11,974 nt of DNA, from NCBI GenBank assembly GCA_029564175.1, contig JAKQQL010000043.1, positions 1-11,974 of the forward strand, written 5' to 3'. The position numbers and the translations under genes are program-made. Below, piece after piece: positions 8,133-11,974 of the stretch. The notes beneath the pieces are model-generated. The model was not told the origin of the DNA, did not search any database, and saw nothing but the letters and a program-made list of their open reading frames with translations. Source of the DNA: Candidatus Cloacimonadota bacterium. Lineage in GTDB: Bacteria; Cloacimonadota; Cloacimonadia; Cloacimonadales; WRIO01. Numbering within the stretch: the first letter of the stretch is position 1; the number at the start of each line of letters is the position of its first letter.

Positions 8133-10477
8133 GCGGTTTAACAGAAAATAATGAACTTGAAAAGTTTTACAATTCTCTTGTTCAGGATTTAAAATCAGAG
8201 CAACTTTCTGAAGAAGAAGGAGGAGTTCTTGAACAGATATTCACTCAATTTACGATTGATTTATTAGCTGATGCTGGCGAAACTGAGAATGCGCGTACAA
8301 CTCATGATGAAAAAGGATTAGGAACAAAGAATCAGCATAAAATCAATGCCTATTCAATAGCTGATAATTACGAAACCATAGACCTTTTTATTACTATTTT
8401 CAAAGGAACTGAAAAACCAGAACGTATTTCAAAAGAAGAAATTGATACAGCAGCGAAACGAATAACTAATTTTTTCAGAAAGGGAATTTATAAGGACTAT
8501 GTTAATGAGATTGAAGAATCTGCTCCTATCTTTGATTTTGCACAAACATTAAGTAATTCATCAGACCTAAAGGAAAACCTGGTAAGAATTAACGCAATTA
8601 TCCTTACAGATGGTTATTACCCCGGAGATTATCCACCTAATCAGTTTATTTCGGGTTACCCGATTTTTTATAGAGTTGTGGATATTAACTATATTTTTAA
8701 CATTACTGAAAAGTCGCATATTCCAATATTTATAGATTTTGAAAAAGAAGGCTTTGAAGTACCCTGCATTATTTCTCCTACTGAAAATGAAGAATACCAA
8801 TCTTATTTGGCAATCATTCCCGGTTCAGCACTGGCAGCTATCTATGAAAAGTTTGGTTCCAGGTTACTTGAACAGAATGTTCGTTCATTTCTCCAATTTA
8901 CCGGGAAAATAAATAACGGAATTAGAACAACAATTCTTAAAGAACCCCACATGTTCCTTGCTTTTAATAACGGGCTTGCTGCTACAGCTGAAAAAATTGA
9001 AATTGGAAAATCTGAAAATGGCGGGTTTCTTGTTAAAAGCGTCAATGACTTTCAAATAGTAAATGGCGGTCAAACAACAGCATCAATTTATCATACATTA
9101 AAGAAAGATAAAGCTGAAATTTCAGGAATATTTGTTCAATTAAAACTATCGGTTGTTAAAAACAAAGAAAACTTTAGTGAAATTGTTTCACGAATTTCAG
9201 AATATGCTAATACACAGAACAAAGTATCTGTTTCTGATTTGAGTTCAAACCGTCCATATCATATTCAACTTGAAAAACTATCAAGAAGTATTTTTGCTCC
9301 TCATGTTCCAGGTCAAACAACGCAAACTAAATGGTTTTATGAACGAACAAGAGGTCAATATAAAAATGCAAGGTTGAAAGATGGATTTACAAAGGCCAAA
9401 CAAAAGGCATTTGATTTGAAAAACCCCAAAAGTCAAATGTTCACAAAAGAAGAACTTGCAAAATATGTTAATTCTTACCAGGAAATTCTTGACGGGAAAA
9501 AAACTTTAATTGGTCCTCATATTGTTGTTCGTGGTAATCAGAAAAACTATGTGCAATTTATAAATAATAACCTTGTAAAACTGCCGGATAGTATTTATTT
9601 TGAAGACATAATTTCAAAAATTATTTTATTCAGAACATCAGAAAAAATCTATGGTGTAAAACCAAATGCAATTGGCGATTTGAGATATATTACTGTACCC
9701 TATTCTATTTCTTATCTGACCTATAAGACAGACTGTAAACTTGATTTGTATAAAATCTGGAAAAATCAGGGATTGTCAGAGCATCTGAAAACTTTATTAT
9801 ATGATTTAATGGTGCAGGTTGAAAGTGCAATAAAGAAATCCGCTGGAAAAAATCATGGTGCCCTTTACGGTGAATGGGCTAAAAAGGAAGATTGCTGGAC
9901 AGACTTGAAAAGCCAGGAATTTAATATAGATTTCAGCAGAATTAAAAATGATTTTGAAGACACTAAAAATCCATCATTTCGAAAAAGGCTAGCAGAGGAA
10001 GAAACTATTCAGGTTCAGATACAGGAAGAACTTGAAAAGATTAAATCCATACCATCAAAAATCTGGCATTTGATTGAAGAATGGGGCAGAGAGTCCGGTG
10101 AACTTTCAGAACAAAAAAAGTCAGTTGCTTTTAATCTTGCTGGAAGAGTTCGCAATAACGGTCGTATATCCGATTATGAAAGACAAACAGGAATTGCAAT
10201 TTTGGATTTAGTAATTGAAAAGGCTCCTGAACTTTTAGATAATGTTGATGAACTGTTTGAAAAAGATAAAGAACAAAAAGAAAACGGAAATGGTGAAATT
10301 ACTTTGGAACAAATTATCAATATTGTGCAATGGGATAAAAAGAACCGTAAACTGAAAGATTTTGAATTTAAATTTATGCTTGAATTATCTGAAGGTAGAA
10401 AACCATTGACTGATAGAAATAAATTCATTGCTGGTCTCAATTTGCAAAAAGTAAAAAAATATGGATTTACTGAATAG
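8129..10477 (+). CDS. AIPR family protein, Mza-type, with extended C-terminus
   Basis: Motifs RLLEQNVRSFL, FLAFNNGLAATA, FQIVNGGQTTASI, SEYANTQNKV and WFYERTRGQY. ATGA overlap with the upstream gene. Confidence 0.93.
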   Translation: MSGLTENNELEKFYNSLVQDLKSEQLSEEEGGVLEQIFTQFTIDLLADAGETENARTTHDEKGLGTKNQHKINAYSIADNYETIDLFITIFKGTEKPERISKEEIDTAAKRITNFFRKGIYKDYVNEIEESAPIFDFAQTLSNSSDLKENLVRINAIILTDGYYPGDYPPNQFISGYPIFYRVVDINYIFNITEKSHIPIFIDFEKEGFEVPCIISPTENEEYQSYLAIIPGSALAAIYEKFGSRLLEQNVRSFLQFTGKINNGIRTTILKEPHMFLAFNNGLAATAEKIEIGKSENGGFLVKSVNDFQIVNGGQTTASIYHTLKKDKAEISGIFVQLKLSVVKNKENFSEIVSRISEYANTQNKVSVSDLSSNRPYHIQLEKLSRSIFAPHVPGQTTQTKWFYERTRGQYKNARLKDGFTKAKQKAFDLKNPKSQMFTKEELAKYVNSYQEILDGKKTLIGPHIVVRGNQKNYVQFINNNLVKLPDSIYFEDIISKIILFRTSEKIYGVKPNAIGDLRYITVPYSISYLTYKTDCKLDLYKIWKNQGLSEHLKTLLYDLMVQVESAIKKSAGKNHGALYGEWAKKEDCWTDLKSQEFNIDFSRIKNDFEDTKNPSFRKRLAEEETIQVQIQEELEKIKSIPSKIWHLIEEWGRESGELSEQKKSVAFNLAGRVRNNGRISDYERQTGIAILDLVIEKAPELLDNVDELFEKDKEQKENGNGEITLEQIINIVQWDKKNRKLKDFEFKFMLELSEGRKPLTDRNKFIAGLNLQKVKKYGFTE

Positions 10478-10499
10478 TCTCCCAACAGTCGTAAGCACA

Positions 10500-10548
10500 T
10501 TTGCAAGCCCACACGAGCCAACGCTCAAACCAAAGGCTTGCAAAGAGT
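10500..10548 (+). repeat. Right copy of the flanking direct repeat, forming a hairpin (possible terminator or recombination site)
   Basis: The core ACGAGCCAACGCTC (10513-10526) is enclosed by the perfect 10-bp inverted repeat TTTGCAAGCC (10500-10509) / GGCTTGCAAA (10535-10544). It starts 22 bp after the AIPR stop. Confidence 0.8.
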
Positions 10549-10595
10549 TTCCGCCTTTCCAGCCTAATTAACCCCCTTTCAGAACGGTTTTAGGA

Positions 10596-10627
10596 TTGTC
10601 CACGCTCAAAAAAACAAAATAAATTTG
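10596..10627 (+). promoter_or_regulatory. Putative Bacteroidota sigma-A promoter reading towards the downstream gene
   Basis: TTG (10596-10598), a 21-nt spacer, then TAAATTTG (10620-10627). Confidence 0.55.
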
Positions 10628-10716
10628 TGCTTCGTGGATAGGTTAGTACGGATTGAAAATGATAAAATATGACAGCTAAATGATTGATAAACTGACAGCA
10701 ATAAATGAACACCAGC

Positions 10717-10846
10717 ACCCAACAAGCGGTATAAAACATTGGGATTTAAGTGGTTATTTATGCGTTCTGCCTCGCATCAACTTTTGTAACGGTGGATACG
10801 GTCGCAGCCCTTACTCCCCAACGTTTCATACACGCAAACGTTGCCA
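10717..10846 (+). repeat. attC-like imperfect palindrome (130 bp)
   Basis: It begins ACCCAAC (RYYYAAC) and ends GTTGCCA (GTT core). The left arm CAAC-aa-GCG-GTATAAAACATTGGG pairs with the right arm CCCAACGTTTCATAC-A-CGC-aaac-GTTG. Two A:C mismatches become G:T pairs on the bottom strand, and there is one extrahelical base (10832). Inner stems include ATGCG/CGCAT. Confidence 0.6.
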
Positions 10847-10860
10847 ACAATAATAAAGAA

Positions 10861-11472
10861 ATGAAACGAGTTTCGATTATAACAGTGATTTTTATGTTTA
10901 ACTTGATTACATATGGACAAGTTAGAGGAAAATACTGTTGTGATAATAATTGGACAAGGATTGATTTTAAAACTTCCGATTCCTTGAATATAATGAAACC
11001 TTTCTACTATGGTTCACATTTTCCAGGATATGGAGAAGGTATTTATAAAATTAAACATGATAGCTTATTTATTGAATACATACATAAACCAAAGTCGAAC
11101 TATAAACCTATTTCGACAGAGATTACAAAGACAGATTCTATTAATTTATGTTTTAGAAGAGATTTGCCAACAGGGATAAAATACATGAATCAAAAGGATA
11201 CAATACGATATGATTCTGAGCCAAAACTTCAAATTAAAAGGATGAATGATAGCCTTTATATAGAATCTATTTTCACAAGCATAGTTATTCCTGCTAAAGT
11301 ATTGACCCAAAAAAACATATCCAGTCTGGTGATATATCTCGATAATTCCTTATTAATCAAGGAGAAATCTGATACCTTTAAATTAGATATAATTAATGAT
11401 TCTGAGATTATATTGAATCAACAGAGTTTAAAAAAATGCAATTGTGATAAAAAATCAAAACCTATATATTGA
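10861..11472 (+). CDS. Hypothetical secreted protein (203 aa), cassette-like gene
   Basis: ATG 10861 follows an A-rich leader and gives a Sec signal peptide MKRVSIITVIFMFNLITYG|Q. The longer GTG start at 10750 would run through the attC-like site. Confidence 0.75.
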   Translation: MKRVSIITVIFMFNLITYGQVRGKYCCDNNWTRIDFKTSDSLNIMKPFYYGSHFPGYGEGIYKIKHDSLFIEYIHKPKSNYKPISTEITKTDSINLCFRRDLPTGIKYMNQKDTIRYDSEPKLQIKRMNDSLYIESIFTSIVIPAKVLTQKNISSLVIYLDNSLLIKEKSDTFKLDIINDSEIILNQQSLKKCNCDKKSKPIY

Positions 11473-11550
11473 CAAAGAATTACTACCGCTAATAAATAGG
11501 ACTCTGAGCGGTCTGAAAAGCCCAGCGAGGAGTCCATGTTGAACTGCCCT

Positions 11551-11745
11551 GCTACCGCACAAGTCTACCCGTGTGGTGGAAAGCAGAGCGTAAGTGGTAG
11601 TAGAGAATAGGAAAGGGAGCTGTAGCCGCTATTAAAAAGCTAATCCGGCAGGGTTATGCTTTGTAAGCTTAATAATTGGGAGTGTTGAGTGCTCTGGTTG
11701 AGGGGTACGGTCGAGATTGCCACACGTCGGGAGACGTACGGCAGC
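11551..11745. repeat. Inverted pair of 27-bp REP-like palindromes
   Basis: 11551-11577 is GCTACCGCAC-N10-GTGTGGT. The reverse complement of 11719-11745 is GCTGCCGTAC-N10-GTGTGGC. Each copy is itself a hairpin, and the two are 141 bp apart. Confidence 0.6.
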
Positions 11746-11752
11746 TAAAGAA

Positions 11753-11774
11753 CCATTACCTTGACAGGTAATGG
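11753..11774. repeat. Perfect 9-bp hairpin
   Basis: CCATTACCT-TGAC-AGGTAATGG. Confidence 0.6.
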
Positions 11775-11898
11775 GGTGCATTATACCCTACTCAGACCAA
11801 GAGGGTTAGCCTTTTTTTAAAGCTTTGCCTTGTAGAGGTCATCCTTGGCAAGGTGTGGTCGAGCTGCTTTTTGTCCCGCACTTTCAAGGCATTTTTTG

Positions 11899-11906
11899 TA
11901 TTTTTG
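11899..11906 (+). promoter_or_regulatory. Possible -7 promoter box pointing out of the window
   Basis: TATTTTTG matches TAnnTTTG, but no well-spaced -33 box is present. Confidence 0.3.
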
Positions 11907-11974
11907 CAGTGTATATCAGCTAGCTCTTATTTTTAAAACCTAGCTGGTAAGGGTTTCGTAGTTGAACTACCTAA

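Noticed and set aside
1014..10521. Minus-strand ORFs inside the operon, including 10174-10521
   Set aside because: They are short antisense shadows of well-supported genes and have no motifs.
10750..10860. 37-aa N-terminal extension of the secreted protein
   Set aside because: It reads through the attC-like palindrome and would bury the signal peptide.
11499..11552. Twister or hammerhead ribozyme-like segment (GGTCTGAAAAGCCC)
   Set aside because: The twister pseudoknot pairings and UAA cleavage context cannot be built, and there is no CUGANGA hammerhead core.
11527..11650. RNase P-like words GAGGAGTCC and AATCCGGC
   Set aside because: The conserved GAGGAAAGUCC is not intact and the spacing is far too short.
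11718..11746. Group II intron domain V-like hairpin
   Set aside because: There is no correctly placed AGC/CGC triad or domain VI. It is better explained as a REP-like unit.

Overview
AT-rich window, probably from a Bacteroidota genome (TAnnTTTG promoter boxes, no obvious Shine-Dalgarno sites, a signal peptide followed by Gln). About 10 kb is one tightly coupled + strand defence operon: Vsr endonuclease, C5-cytosine methyltransferase, MORC/MutL-type GHKL ATPase, DUF2971-type protein, Z1 SF2 helicase, DUF4420 PD-(D/E)XK nuclease and AIPR. This is an Mza-like or MORC-associated restriction-modification system. Its unusual component is the DUF2971-type gene between the ATPase and Z1, which shows an ADP-ribosyltransferase-like K/S-x-x-S/E-x-E motif pattern. 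The operon lies between two copies of a ~44-bp direct repeat with an identical 14-bp core. Downstream are a putative promoter, a 130-bp attC-like imperfect palindrome that folds better on the bottom strand, a cassette-like gene for a secreted protein, a possible truncated second site and ~480 bp of REP-like palindromes. No integrase, transposase, tRNA, rRNA or CRISPR array is visible. Family assignments come from recognising motifs by eye, not from searches.
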